From: Lachnospiraceae bacterium
GTDB lineage: Bacteria > Bacillota > Clostridia > Lachnospirales > Lachnospiraceae
Length of the DNA stretch: 64,000 nt
Reading direction: 5' to 3'
Assembly (NCBI GenBank): GCA_036310185.1
Contig: JAXJSH010000070.1
Location: forward strand, 59,865 to 123,864
Positions 21,128 through 31,622 of the stretch are shown in pieces. The position numbers and the translations under genes are program-made. How positions within the stretch are numbered: position 1 is the stretch's first letter; each line of letters begins with the position of its first letter. Under the pieces are notes generated by a model, which was not told the origin of the DNA, ran no database searches, and saw only the letters and a program-made list of their open reading frames with translations.

Positions 21128-22059
21128 TATGCCTGTACCTCCTTCTCACGTGTAAATTTCAGCTGTGCAAGAGCCAGTACAGCTACCATAACAAAGAAAA
21201 TAACAGCTTTTGCCTGAGCTACACCACGGCTGTTTGAGCTTGCATAGAATGTCTTATAGATATTAAGTGCCATCATTTCAGTTGTATTTACCATAGAACC
21301 ATCTGCCTGTACTGCAATCGGCATACCCTCTGTCAATGCCAGGTTCTGGTCGAACAACTTAAAGGAGTTCGTCAAAGTCAGGAAAATACAAATGGTAATA
21401 GAAGACATAACGTTCGGAATCGTAACTTTAAACAATGTCTGAACTTTATTTGCACCGTCAATCTTAGCAGCTTCCATCATATCTTCTGAAACGCTCTGAA
21501 GACCTGCAATATAAACAATCATCATGTAACCAATCTGCTGCCAGCACATCAGAATAATCAGTCCCCAAAAACCGTATTCTGATTTTGCCAGTAAGTATGT
21601 ACCATATTTGCTTAAAATACCATCGAAAATCATAGACCAGATATAACCAAGTACGATACCGCCAATCAGATTCGGCATGTAGAATACAGTACGGAAAATA
21701 TTAGATCCTTTGATATTCTGGGTTAAAAGATATGCAATAAGGAATGCGAAAAAGTTAATCAAAATAATTGATACTACCGCAAACAATGCCGTATACCACA
21801 TAGAATGACGAAATCCTGCGTCGCTAAAAGCCTTTGCATAGTTATCCAATGCAACAAACTGCGCATCTGACGGCAGTGTAAATTTGCAGAATGACAAATA
21901 CATACCCTGTACAAACGGCCAAATGAAGCCAACACAAAAAGCAAGAAATGTAGGTAACATAAAGATCGGGAAACATTTACGAATCGGTCTTGATACCAAA
22001 CGGCTGTTTACTGCCGCTGCTGATGGTTTTTTCTTCTTTCTCATAAAACTAGCCCTCAT
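21127..22059 (-). CDS. Carbohydrate ABC transporter permease (MalF-like)
   Basis: 310 aa, multi-pass. EAA loop (MEAAKIDGAN). The start may be an internal Met. Confidence 0.85.
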   Translation of the reverse strand: MRASFMRKKKKPSAAAVNSRLVSRPIRKCFPIFMLPTFLAFCVGFIWPFVQGMYLSFCKFTLPSDAQFVALDNYAKAFSDAGFRHSMWYTALFAVVSIILINFFAFLIAYLLTQNIKGSNIFRTVFYMPNLIGGIVLGYIWSMIFDGILSKYGTYLLAKSEYGFWGLIILMCWQQIGYMMIVYIAGLQSVSEDMMEAAKIDGANKVQTLFKVTIPNVMSSITICIFLTLTNSFKLFDQNLALTEGMPIAVQADGSMVNTTEMMALNIYKTFYASSNSRGVAQAKAVIFFVMVAVLALAQLKFTREKEVQA

Positions 22060-22119
22060 ATTATTATTAAGAAAGGGGAGTGCTTGCGCCCTCCCCCAAT
22101 CCTTCAGTTATTTATTGAA

Positions 22120-23460
22120 TTACTGATTAGCGTACTGTGTAGCCCAGCCATTAACGAATGCGGTTACTACGTTATCCCAGCTGCTGTTGTTGCATGTATA
22201 ATCCTGTAATGTAGAAACAACTGCTGCTCTCCATTCATCTACGTTCGGAGTATAGTTGAATGCCCATGTTACAACATATTTGCCTTCAGCGATCAGATCG
22301 TTAGCTGCTGTGAAGAATACGTTTTCAGATTCTTTTGCATTGTTGAACGGGATCGGTCCAAACTGTTCAGCCATCATGGTTGTACCTTCTTCAGATGTTA
22401 CAACCCAGTACATGAAGTCTAATGTAGCCTGGATATCTTCTTCAGATGCTTTGCTGTTTACAGCCCAGCAGTTTTCTGTACCACATGCAAGTGCGGAGTT
22501 GTCTTCACCTTCAACACCGATGTAGATCGGGATCATGGTCAGATCATCCGGATTCATGTTGTAATCGTTCACTAAGGAATCATATTCCCATGTACCATTC
22601 TGATAGAATACAGCCTCTCCTGAGCCGAACTCTTCTTTAGACATATCGCCAGTAGCGGTCGGAAGTGCAGAAGCTTCAACAGTTGCATTGTTTACATACA
22701 GATCCCAGATAGCTTTGTAGTTGTCAAGGTAAGCACCTGTGATTTCAGCCGGCTGTTCTGTTACGCCGTCATCTTCGAATTCATAGTACAGCGGCATGTT
22801 TGCCAGATGTCCGGAGAATCTCCAGGAAGAAGAACTGTCAAGACCTGCAGATGAGAATGCAGAGAATCCAAGTTCATCTTTACGAGCTGTGATATCTTCA
22901 ACAACTGCTTTTAAGGAATCGAAATCTGTGATATCAGATACTTCGTATCCAGCTTCAGCTAAAAGAGCTTTGTTTGTGATAAGACCGAATGCTTCGTAGC
23001 AGTAACCTACTGCGTAAACTTCTCCGTTATCACCTTTTAAGTTAAAGTCATCTGTAGTCATCTCAGCGTATACATCAGTATCAGCCAGATCTAAGCAGTA
23101 GTCACCCCATGTTGCAAGAGACTGCTGATTACCACACTGGAATAAGGTCGGAGCGCTGCTCTTTGCCATTTCAGCAGTTAAAGTCTGTTCATATTCACCA
23201 CCTGCTGCAGTAACAACTTTAACTTCTACACCAGTCTGCTCTGTATATGTAGCTGCCAGTTTCTGCCAAGCTGCATCTGATTCCGGTTTGAAGTTCAGAT
23301 AATATACAGAACCTTTTGCATCAGAGCTTTCATCATCTGCATCATCTGTTGTTTTTGCATCATCACCTGTGGTCTCTTTTTCTTTTGAACCACAGCCAGC
23401 GAACATGCTGGTAACCATAGCGGCTGAAAGTAAAAGAGCCATTACCTTTTTCATTTTCAT
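22120..23460 (-). CDS. Sugar ABC transporter substrate-binding lipoprotein
   Basis: Start re-set to MKMKKVMALLLSAAMVTSMFAGCGS (lipobox FAGC), with a GGAG RBS upstream. Confidence 0.85.
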   Translation of the reverse strand: MKMKKVMALLLSAAMVTSMFAGCGSKEKETTGDDAKTTDDADDESSDAKGSVYYLNFKPESDAAWQKLAATYTEQTGVEVKVVTAAGGEYEQTLTAEMAKSSAPTLFQCGNQQSLATWGDYCLDLADTDVYAEMTTDDFNLKGDNGEVYAVGYCYEAFGLITNKALLAEAGYEVSDITDFDSLKAVVEDITARKDELGFSAFSSAGLDSSSSWRFSGHLANMPLYYEFEDDGVTEQPAEITGAYLDNYKAIWDLYVNNATVEASALPTATGDMSKEEFGSGEAVFYQNGTWEYDSLVNDYNMNPDDLTMIPIYIGVEGEDNSALACGTENCWAVNSKASEEDIQATLDFMYWVVTSEEGTTMMAEQFGPIPFNNAKESENVFFTAANDLIAEGKYVVTWAFNYTPNVDEWRAAVVSTLQDYTCNNSSWDNVVTAFVNGWATQYANQ

Positions 23461-23514
23461 AGTATCTCTCTCCTTTATTATACTTTTTTTGGAACAGTTA
23501 TCGGAAAGGTTTCC

Positions 23515-23527
23515 GGTAACGTTTCCA
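23515..23527 (-). promoter_or_regulatory. Putative LacI-type operator / cre-like site upstream of the sugar ABC operon
   Basis: The minus strand reads TGGAAACGTTACC, which fits TGNAANCGNWNNC and is a near palindrome around AACGTT. Confidence 0.35.
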
Positions 23528-23645
23528 AATGTTGAATAAATAATACACCCTCTTGGTAAATAATGCAAGGAAATATTGGACAGACATGTGTATTTTGTTA
23601 AACCATCCAGAATTTTTCTTTATTTTTTGTGAATTTTTACAAGTA

Positions 23646-23670
23646 AAAAGCTGTCATAAAGACAGCTTTT
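23646..23670 (-). terminator. Terminator after the histidine kinase gene
   Basis: 10-bp stem AAAAGCTGTC/GACAGCTTTT placed immediately after the stop at 23672. Confidence 0.55.
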
Positions 23671-23671
23671 C

Positions 23672-25330
23672 TCAAAATTGTATGGAAATGGTTGTTCCCT
23701 CTCCTACTTTGCTTTCTACTTTTATTTTTGCCCGATGCATCATGGCACCATGCTTCACAATGGACAGACCAAGGCCGGTTCCTTCCGTCTCACGGGAATG
23801 ACTTTTATCTACCCGGTAGAACCGTTCAAAAATACGTTCCTGATCTTCCGGTGAAATACCGATTCCTGTGTCGGTTACAGTCCACAAAATACCGGCGGCA
23901 TCTTTCTTTACCTGAATGCTGACCGTACCATTTTCTCTGTTATATTTAACTGCATTGTCACAGAGGTTGTAGATCATTTCGTATATAACCTGGCGTACAC
24001 CTCGAATTTCCGCATTTTCCCCCTGCAGATGCACGGTAATGTTCCGTTTTTTTGCCTGAAGATCCAGGCATGCACAGACATCTTTTGTCACATTGTAAAG
24101 GTCTACGGTTTCCAGCTCCACTGCTGTATCTGCCAGTTCATCCAGCTTTGACAGGCGGATAATATCTTCCACCAGAGAGGTAAGCCGTCCGGCTTCGCTG
24201 CGAATACGTCCGGCAAATTCCGGTATATCTTCCGGTTTTACCATGCGATTCTGGATCAGTTCCGCATATCCGGATATGGACATCAGCGGTGTTTTCAGTT
24301 CGTGTGACACGTTAGCAGAAAATTCTCTTCTCAGCTTCTCTGCCTGTTCTTTTTCCGTCACATCCAGAACCAGAATGACCGCACCTTCTGTGGTGCCGTC
24401 GATCACCACCGGATTTCCTACCAGATTGTAGGTTCTGCCGCCCTGTTCAAACAGCTTTTCCGTGGCTTTTCCGTTCCGTGCATCATCCCACACCTGTTTC
24501 AGATCTTCCTGACGGCTCATTTCCAGAAGATTTTTTCCTGCGCAGCTTTCCGCCTGCACGCGGTATATTTTCTGAGCTGCTTTATTAATGGAGAGAATCA
24601 CGTTTTTATTTGTAACGATCAGTCCGTCTTTCATATTATCTGTGATCGCCAGATATTCCTGATGGGAAGTTCTCAGCTCTTCCACCTGACTTTTGATCAA
24701 ACCATTCTGCTTGTGAATGCGGCGAAGCAGCGGTGAAAGTTCTTCATACACCTCATTTTCCAGGGGATGCTCCAGATCCAGTTCATTGATGGGCTCCACC
24801 AGTTTCTTTGTAAAACGGCCGGTTACATAAATATTGAGAACGATCACACCCACGATAATCAGTACAATCAAAGTAAAACCGGACATCATGGTCTTAAATA
24901 CACTGTCCACCGTATGCGCCATACGGAGTACCTGACCGTTTTCCAGCCTTATGGCATAGTAGTAAGTCACCTCACCCAGGGTATTCGACATTCTGGTGAT
25001 TTCCCCGCGTCCCGTTTCAAGCGCATCCTGTACTTCCGGACGATCGCCGTGATTTTCCATCTCTTCGGTCTTTTTTGCAGAATCATAGGTCACTTCACCG
25101 TTTTCATCAATCAGGGTGATTCGGGTTGCCGTCACATTTGCAACCTCCCGGGTCAGGTAGCTTCCTCCCATCTGATTGACGGAAATCTGAACATACTGAG
25201 CTTCATCCCTGACCGTTTCTTTCATCTCATCAAAAAACTGGTTATATGTCACAAGTTCAATCAGAAGGAACGCCAGAATAACCGAAACACTGACCAGAAA
25301 ACTTACATTTTTAAATATCTTCCGTCTCAT
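23672..25330 (-). CDS. Sensor histidine kinase (PhoR-like by operon context)
   Basis: 552 aa. N-terminal TM segments, a PAS-like region, H-box FSANVSHELKTPL, and HATPase N/G boxes (DNAVKY, GTGLGLSIV). Confidence 0.85.
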   Translation of the reverse strand: MRRKIFKNVSFLVSVSVILAFLLIELVTYNQFFDEMKETVRDEAQYVQISVNQMGGSYLTREVANVTATRITLIDENGEVTYDSAKKTEEMENHGDRPEVQDALETGRGEITRMSNTLGEVTYYYAIRLENGQVLRMAHTVDSVFKTMMSGFTLIVLIIVGVIVLNIYVTGRFTKKLVEPINELDLEHPLENEVYEELSPLLRRIHKQNGLIKSQVEELRTSHQEYLAITDNMKDGLIVTNKNVILSINKAAQKIYRVQAESCAGKNLLEMSRQEDLKQVWDDARNGKATEKLFEQGGRTYNLVGNPVVIDGTTEGAVILVLDVTEKEQAEKLRREFSANVSHELKTPLMSISGYAELIQNRMVKPEDIPEFAGRIRSEAGRLTSLVEDIIRLSKLDELADTAVELETVDLYNVTKDVCACLDLQAKKRNITVHLQGENAEIRGVRQVIYEMIYNLCDNAVKYNRENGTVSIQVKKDAAGILWTVTDTGIGISPEDQERIFERFYRVDKSHSRETEGTGLGLSIVKHGAMMHRAKIKVESKVGEGTTISIQF

Positions 25331-26007
25331 TGTCTTCCCCCTATGCGATATCCGACACCGCGAACGGTTTCAATAATGTCACCTGCTTCTCCCAGCTTCT
25401 GTCTGAGGGTCCGGATATGCACATCCACGGTTCTCGTTTCTCCGTCAAAATCATATCCCCAGATATGTTCCAGCAGCTGATTTCTTGTTAAAACAATCCC
25501 ACGGTTTTCCAGCAGATAACGCAGCACCTCGAACTCTTTTAAGGTCAGCACCACATTTTTTCCATCTACGGTAACCCGATGCTGTTCCACCTGAATTTTC
25601 AGTTTTCCGGCCGTATATTCATGAACCGACTGTTGTGTTTCACTGCCGCTGCGGCGCAGCACCGCACGCACTCTGGCCACAAATTCCATCATACCGAAAG
25701 GTTTTGCTATATAATCATCCGCACCCGCATCCAGGCCCAGTACTTTATCATACTCTGCCCCTTTTGCCGTGACCATAATAACCGGAATATCACCGGTATC
25801 CGAACTTCTTTTTAATTTTTTCAGAATTTCCATCCCGTCTTCTCCCGGAAGCATAATATCCAGCAGGATCAGATCCGGTTTTTTTTCTGCCAGTCCTTTA
25901 AAAAATTGCGCACCATCCGAAAAACCGCGGGCCTCAAAACCGCTGGTCTCCAGGGTATAGACGATCAACTCTCTTATGTTTCTCTCATCTTCTACGCAAT
26001 AAATCAT
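25327..26007 (-). CDS. OmpR-family response regulator (PhoP/PhoB-like by operon context)
   Basis: Start re-set to MIYCVEDERNI, in an ATGA overlap with the phoU stop. Receiver Asp (LLDIMLPGEDG) and a winged-helix C-terminus (VRGVGYR). Confidence 0.9.
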   Translation of the reverse strand: MIYCVEDERNIRELIVYTLETSGFEARGFSDGAQFFKGLAEKKPDLILLDIMLPGEDGMEILKKLKRSSDTGDIPVIMVTAKGAEYDKVLGLDAGADDYIAKPFGMMEFVARVRAVLRRSGSETQQSVHEYTAGKLKIQVEQHRVTVDGKNVVLTLKEFEVLRYLLENRGIVLTRNQLLEHIWGYDFDGETRTVDVHIRTLRQKLGEAGDIIETVRGVGYRIGGRQ

Positions 26008-26657
26008 CTTTCTTTGTCTCCTCTGTGTACGCCTGTTATGGAAAATTCCACCCATTCCGCTATATTGGTGGCATGGTCACCGATTCTCTCATAATATTTT
26101 GCAATCATAAGAAGATCCATAATATATGCACCGTCAAATCCCGGATGTTTCAGCCGTTCAATCAGCTGTTCTCTTATTCTCACGAAAAGTTCATCCACCG
26201 CATCGTCGCTGTCAATGACTTTCTGTGCCATGTACAGATCACGCTTTACATATGCATCAATACTCTCATTTACCATGTTCATGGTAGCAACTGCCATCTC
26301 TCTGATGGGGATGCTTTCATCCGGTGCCTGCAGATGAGAGGTTTCCAGAATTTCCGCAATATCTGCAGCCTGATCACCGATTCGTTCCATATCGGTAATC
26401 ATCTTCAGCGCCGCCGAGATCTGTCTGAGATCGCGGGCCACCGGCTGCTGCTGGAGCAGAAGTTTCAGACACATATTTTCGATTTCCTTTTCCTTGTGAT
26501 CGATCTCCTGATCTTTCCGGATAATCTCACGGGCTGCTTCCTGATTTTCCTCCATCAGTACCTCATATGTGCGGTTAATCACCTGCTCACACAGGGAGCC
26601 CATCTCGATCATCTGCACATTCAGCTCCTGTAACTGCTCATCAAATCTTACTCTCAT
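26004..26657 (-). CDS. phoU: Phosphate signalling complex protein PhoU
   Basis: Start re-set to MRVRFDEQLQEL, just after the pstB stop. Two PhoU repeats with ERIGD motifs. Confidence 0.9.
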   Translation of the reverse strand: MRVRFDEQLQELNVQMIEMGSLCEQVINRTYEVLMEENQEAAREIIRKDQEIDHKEKEIENMCLKLLLQQQPVARDLRQISAALKMITDMERIGDQAADIAEILETSHLQAPDESIPIREMAVATMNMVNESIDAYVKRDLYMAQKVIDSDDAVDELFVRIREQLIERLKHPGFDGAYIMDLLMIAKYYERIGDHATNIAEWVEFSITGVHRGDKER

Positions 26658-26661
26658 GACA

Positions 26662-27411
26662 TCAACCAAACCTTCCTGTAATATAATCTTCTGTTCTCTT
26701 ATCATTTGGCATGGAGAACAATTTGTCTGTATCGTTCATTTCGATTACTTCGCCCAGAAGGAAGAAGGCCGTCTTGTCTGAAATACGGGCAGCCTGCTGC
26801 ATATTATGGGTAACCATGATAATAGTATAGTCTTTTTTCAGTTCTACAGCAAGGTCTTCAATCTTGGAAGTAGAAATCGGATCCAGCGCAGAAGTCGGTT
26901 CATCCATCAGAAGCACTTCCGGCTGTACCGCCAGTGCTCTTGCGATGCAAAGTCTCTGCTGCTGTCCGCCGGAGATGCCAAGGGCACTTTTTTTCAGACG
27001 ATCTTTCACCTCATCCCAGATTGCAGCCTGCCTCAGGGAAGTTTCCACAATTTCATCCAGTTTCGCCTTGCTGCGGATTCCGTGTGTTCTCGGTCCATAG
27101 GCAATATTGTCATAAATGCTCATCGGAAAGGGATTGGGTTTCTGGAATACCATACCCACACGCTTGCGAAGCAGGTTTACATCCATTTTTCCGTAAATGT
27201 CTTCTCCGTCCAGAAGAACGTCTCCGGTGATCTTACAGCCTTCTACCAGGTCATTCATACGGTTCAGTGATTTTAATAAAGTAGATTTTCCACAGCCGCT
27301 GGGACCGATAAATGCGGTAATCTGCTTAGCCGGAAGATGCAGTTCCACATTTTTCAATGCATGAAAATCTCCGTAGTAGAGATTCATGTCTTTTACTGTC
27401 ATTTTATCCAT
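26662..27411 (-). CDS. pstB: Phosphate ABC transporter ATP-binding protein
   Basis: 249 aa. Walker [10 protein letters not shown], signature ISGGQQQR, Walker [12 protein letters not shown]. Confidence 0.95.
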   Translation of the reverse strand: MDKMTVKDMNLYYGDFHALKNVELHLPAKQITAFIGPSGCGKSTLLKSLNRMNDLVEGCKITGDVLLDGEDIYGKMDVNLLRKRVGMVFQKPNPFPMSIYDNIAYGPRTHGIRSKAKLDEIVETSLRQAAIWDEVKDRLKKSALGISGGQQQRLCIARALAVQPEVLLMDEPTSALDPISTSKIEDLAVELKKDYTIIMVTHNMQQAARISDKTAFFLLGEVIEMNDTDKLFSMPNDKRTEDYITGRFG

Positions 27412-27502
27412 AATCGATTTATCCTTTCACCAGTTATCTGGTATCGCTTTTCTCTTCTCATTTGCTGTTTTTTACAGCTCTTCAATCATTGTTCTTCAAA
27501 TC

Positions 27503-28423
27503 TTATGCTTTTGTCAGCCGTTTCGCGACAAAATCAGAAATCGCGTTAATAATGAGTACCAGGAACAGCAGGATAACAGCTGTTGCATAAGCCTGATCCA
27601 TGTGCAGACCTTCACTGGAAAGAACATACATATGCACTGCCAGAGTTCTTCCCGAGTCCATAATTCCCGATACCTGTGCAACAGTTCCTGCTGTGTAGAT
27701 CAAAGCGGCAGTCTCACCTACCACACGACCGATGGCCAGAATGACGCCGGACAAAATTCCCGGCACCGCTGCAGGAAGTACAATTTTAAATACAGTACGC
27801 AGTTTTCCTGCGCCCAGCCCGAAACTGGCTTCACGATAGGAATCCGGCACAGCCAGAAGTGCCTCTTCCGAAGTACGCATGATCAAGGGCAAAATCATGA
27901 TAACCAGAGTAAAGGAACCAGCCAGCATGGAATATTTCCATTTCAGCGTGGTCACAAAAAACAGCATACCAAACAGACCGTATACGATGGAAGGAATGCC
28001 GGAGAGTGTTTCTGCTGTCATACGGATAATTTTTACGACGCGGCTTCCTCTTTTTGCGTATTCTACCAGATAAATGGCAGAAAAGATGCCGATCGGAGCT
28101 GCGATCGCAAGGGTCAGAAGGGTCATCATTATGGTGTTGATGAGCGCCGGCATGAGAGAAGCATTCTCTGATGTATAAGTAAACGCAAACAAATCTTTAT
28201 TAATATGAGGAATTCCTTTTACCAGAATATAAGCAACCAGAAAGATCAGTACCGTGATCGCAGTCAATGCGCCGAGCAGTGTGATCAGGGCAACCAGTGC
28301 AGAAATGGGGTGTCTCCTGTACTGATTCATTCTCTGTGCAAAAGTCGTTCTGTTTTTAATTTTTGCTTTATCATTCGCAGCCTGCATCTGCGGGGCAAAG
28401 TTCATTTTATTTTCAATTTCCAT
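27503..28423 (-). CDS. pstA: Phosphate ABC transporter permease PstA
   Basis: Start re-set to MEIENKMNFAP. Multi-pass, with EAS/EAA loop (YREASFGLGAGK). Confidence 0.88.
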   Translation of the reverse strand: MEIENKMNFAPQMQAANDKAKIKNRTTFAQRMNQYRRHPISALVALITLLGALTAITVLIFLVAYILVKGIPHINKDLFAFTYTSENASLMPALINTIMMTLLTLAIAAPIGIFSAIYLVEYAKRGSRVVKIIRMTAETLSGIPSIVYGLFGMLFFVTTLKWKYSMLAGSFTLVIMILPLIMRTSEEALLAVPDSYREASFGLGAGKLRTVFKIVLPAAVPGILSGVILAIGRVVGETAALIYTAGTVAQVSGIMDSGRTLAVHMYVLSSEGLHMDQAYATAVILLFLVLIINAISDFVAKRLTKA

Positions 28424-29279
28424 TATTCGCCCTCCTCTTGAGCGCTGATACTGCCAGGTTGATAACCAGGATAAATACAAACAGCACAACACCGGTGGCA
28501 ATCAGTGCTTCTCTGTGCAGTTCTGCTGCATACCCCATCTCGGTAACGATATTTGCTGTCATGGTTCGTACTCCTTCCAGAATCCCCTGGGGCATACGGG
28601 GCTGATTTCCTGCAACCATGATAACCGCCATGGTTTCCCCGATGGCACGGCCGATTCCAAGAACAATACCTGCCATGATACCGGATTTTGCAGCCGGGAA
28701 TACGATACAGTATACGCTTCTCTCATGGGTTGCTCCCAATGCAAGAGAACCTTCATAATAACTGTCCGGCACGCTTCGAATGGAAGTTTCCGTCACTCCG
28801 ATGATGGTAGGAAGAATCATAATACCAAGCAGAACCGATGCGGCCAGCATACTGCTGCCGGAAATATAAGCTTCAGGAAACAGATTTCGAATGGTTGGTA
28901 CGATCAGCACCATACCGAAGAATCCATATACAATAGAAGGAACACCGGCCATCAGATTGATAGCGCTGCGGAAAAGAGGATAGATTTTCTTCGGACAATA
29001 TTTTGCCATAAACACAGAAGTCAGAAGTGCGATCGGTACACCGATCAGAATTGCTCCGGCGGTAACATAAATGCTGCCCAGAATCATGGGCAGAATACCG
29101 TAAATATTATTGGATGGTCTCCACTCTTTTCCCAGAAGGAAATCGAACAGTCCGATTTCCGCGATGGCCGGAACACCGTTTGCAAACAGGAATACGCAGA
29201 TGAGCACCACCGCCAAGACGGAGGTGCACGCTGCGATCAGGAAGACCAGTCTCATAGCCTGCTCTTTAAAATTTTTCAT
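28413..29279 (-). CDS. pstC: Phosphate ABC transporter permease PstC
   Basis: 288 aa, multi-pass. EG..ALGAT loop. Confidence 0.9.
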   Translation of the reverse strand: MKNFKEQAMRLVFLIAACTSVLAVVLICVFLFANGVPAIAEIGLFDFLLGKEWRPSNNIYGILPMILGSIYVTAGAILIGVPIALLTSVFMAKYCPKKIYPLFRSAINLMAGVPSIVYGFFGMVLIVPTIRNLFPEAYISGSSMLAASVLLGIMILPTIIGVTETSIRSVPDSYYEGSLALGATHERSVYCIVFPAAKSGIMAGIVLGIGRAIGETMAVIMVAGNQPRMPQGILEGVRTMTANIVTEMGYAAELHREALIATGVVLFVFILVINLAVSALKRRANNGN

Positions 29280-30205
29280 TAGATTTCATCCCATGCTGTT
29301 GTTTCACCAACGTAGATTGCTTTTACCTGGTCAACTGTTAAATCATCTGTCGGGTTTTCATTGTTTACGATAACTGCGATACCATCCTGTGCAATTACAG
29401 TTGCTGTTACGCCTGTTTCGCTGTCTTTCAGATCACGGGAGGCCATACCGATATCACAGATACCTTCGATAGCAGAATTAACACCTGTAGTAGAATCGCT
29501 CTGCTGGATTTCGATTTCAGCGTTCGGGTTAACTTCTGCATAAGCTTCTTTCAGTTTTTCCATAACCGGTGTTACAGAAGAAGAACCAGCTACTACAACT
29601 TTACCTTCCGGAGCAGAACCTGCATAAGCTTCCACATCATCCAGTGCAATGTAACCGTTTTCAGCAACAACTTCCTGTCCTTCTACACTTAAGATGAAGT
29701 CAATGAAGTCCTGAGCTACTTCAGACAGATCGTCTTTTGTTACGATGTTGAACGGTCTGCATACCTGATAATCACCAGATTTTACGTTCTCAACAGTTGC
29801 TTCTACACCGTCGATCTTAACCGCTTTTACAGAATCATTCAGAGAACCAAGAGAGATGTAACCGATTGCGTTCGGGTTGCCAGCTACTGTTGTCATCATT
29901 ACAGATGTGTTGTTTGTGATTTCAGCATCTACTGTTGTGTAGTCTACTTTCTCACCCGCATCGTTTTTCTGTTCTACACCAAACAGTTCGATGAACGCTC
30001 CGCGAGTACCGGAACCATCTTCACGGGATACAACTGTGATTTTACCGGTTGCGCCTGCTGCCTCTGCTTCTTCGTCAGCAGATTCTGTCACTTCTGCATC
30101 TGCAGATCCATCGTTTGCAGCATCAGCTGTGTCTTCGCTGCTTCCACAGCCGACCATTCCAAGTACCATTGCCGATGTTAATAATAATGCTAATTTTTTC
30201 TTCAT
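29279..30205 (-). CDS. pstS: Phosphate-binding lipoprotein PstS
   Basis: 308 aa. Lipobox LGMVGCGS and the GSGTRG phosphate-binding motif. Confidence 0.9.
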   Translation of the reverse strand: MKKKLALLLTSAMVLGMVGCGSSEDTADAANDGSADAEVTESADEEAEAAGATGKITVVSREDGSGTRGAFIELFGVEQKNDAGEKVDYTTVDAEITNNTSVMMTTVAGNPNAIGYISLGSLNDSVKAVKIDGVEATVENVKSGDYQVCRPFNIVTKDDLSEVAQDFIDFILSVEGQEVVAENGYIALDDVEAYAGSAPEGKVVVAGSSSVTPVMEKLKEAYAEVNPNAEIEIQQSDSTTGVNSAIEGICDIGMASRDLKDSETGVTATVIAQDGIAVIVNNENPTDDLTVDQVKAIYVGETTAWDEI

Positions 30206-30273
30206 AACTAAAGATCTCCTTGCTTTTTTCTTTTTGTTTTTGTTTGCTTTGTTTTCTCAACAAGGACATCTTA

Positions 30274-30322
30274 TGTAAAAAATGTAAAATCCAAAAGTAA
30301 AATCATGTTAAATCTACGTAAA
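30274..30322 (-). promoter_or_regulatory. Array of five Pho-box-like TTTACA/TTAACA direct repeats upstream of pstS
   Basis: Plus-strand TGTAAA, TGTAAA, AGTAAA, TGTTAA and CGTAAA start at 30274, 30283, 30296, 30306 and 30317, with 9-13 nt spacing. On the minus strand these read TT(T/A)AC(A/T/G), like the Bacillus PhoP boxes TT(A/T/C)ACA. Confidence 0.45.
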
Positions 30323-30331
30323 ATCACATAG

Positions 30332-30359
30332 AAAAAGCTGCCGTATCCGCTACGACAGC
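30332..30359 (-). terminator. Terminator after the alpha/beta hydrolase gene
   Basis: 9-bp stem GCTGCCGTA/TACGACAGC with one mismatch and a 5-nt loop. TTTTT follows on the minus strand. Confidence 0.5.
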
Positions 30360-30365
30360 CAATTT

Positions 30366-31286
30366 TCACACCTTCGACAGATATTTTACAATATCCGCAT
30401 ACACATCATATTTCATTGTTTCCATCAATATCTCATGGCGCATGCCCGGATATAATTTCCCGCGGATGTTGCAGTAGCCCTGCATGCGCAGATGATTAAT
30501 TGTTTTCTTCAGCTTCCTGGGTCCGCCAATGCACGGATCTTCGCTTCCGCCAATAAAAAGAATCGGCAGCTTCGGCTTTTTACATGCCCAGCCTTTTGAA
30601 TTGTAAGTCTCTCCCATCAGTTCGAACAGCGCATGATACCCGTCTACGGTGAATGTAAATCCACATTCCGGAGCAGAGTCGTACTCTTCCACCACTTTCG
30701 GATCCGAACAGTGCCAGGCAAACCGGCTTTTTTCCTCCGCATACTTTGCCTCATAGGAACCAAAGACTGCTGATTCCAGAAATTTGCTCGGATGCATACT
30801 GCCGCAGATCAGCTTCTGTACCCGGTCAACACATTTTCCCACCGGAAGCGCCCGATTTTTGCTGGGCGAACCGCTTAGAATCAGTGCCTGCAGTTCTGCA
30901 TCATATTTTTTCAGATAAGTTCGCGCGATCAGACTGCCCATGCTGTGCCCCAGCAGGATAAACGGCGCCTGGGGCCATCTGTCCTTCGCCTGCATGGTAA
31001 TCTGATGCAAATCTTCCACCAGGGCTTCTGCACCTCCCCCGTACATGTACCCCAGATGTGATTTTTCTTTTACGCTGCTTCCATGACCTCTGTGGTCATG
31101 AATGATACTGGCATAACCCTTCTGTGCCATGTATTCCATAAATTCGGTGTAACGCTCTTTTGTCTCGCACATACCGTGGGAAATCTGAATTACACCTTTC
31201 AGTTCGGGATCATTCGGTTCTATGATGAATACATCCAGTTCAAGCCCGTCAAAATCCGACTGCAGTTTCAAATATTCTTTCTGCAT
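30366..31286 (-). CDS. Alpha/beta hydrolase (lysophospholipase / monoacylglycerol lipase-like)
   Basis: 306 aa. HG oxyanion motif (ISHGMCE) and nucleophile elbow GHSMGS. Confidence 0.8.
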   Translation of the reverse strand: MQKEYLKLQSDFDGLELDVFIIEPNDPELKGVIQISHGMCETKERYTEFMEYMAQKGYASIIHDHRGHGSSVKEKSHLGYMYGGGAEALVEDLHQITMQAKDRWPQAPFILLGHSMGSLIARTYLKKYDAELQALILSGSPSKNRALPVGKCVDRVQKLICGSMHPSKFLESAVFGSYEAKYAEEKSRFAWHCSDPKVVEEYDSAPECGFTFTVDGYHALFELMGETYNSKGWACKKPKLPILFIGGSEDPCIGGPRKLKKTINHLRMQGYCNIRGKLYPGMRHEILMETMKYDVYADIVKYLSKV

Positions 31287-31622
31287 ACAATCACCCCTAA
31301 ATCATTCATACCCCCAGTTATTTTTATTCTTAGTGTCAGTTTTTCTTTTCTTCCTCCGACAGAACCGTTTTTTGTTCCAGTCCTTTCTTTATTGTAAGTC
31401 TTTCGTTTTTCAATGTCAAAATAATTACTGTTAAAATTGTAAATCTTCCGAAGATGCGAACCGTTACTCGCATTTTATAAAGATCTGCCACATATTTTTC
31501 CCCATATTTCTCACACTATCATTATATGAAACGTTCATGCATCCACATTCATTTTGCCGGACCAGACCGCCTGACACGAAAATGCATGAAAATCCATATC
31601 AAAAACAAAAAGGAGTCTGCCC

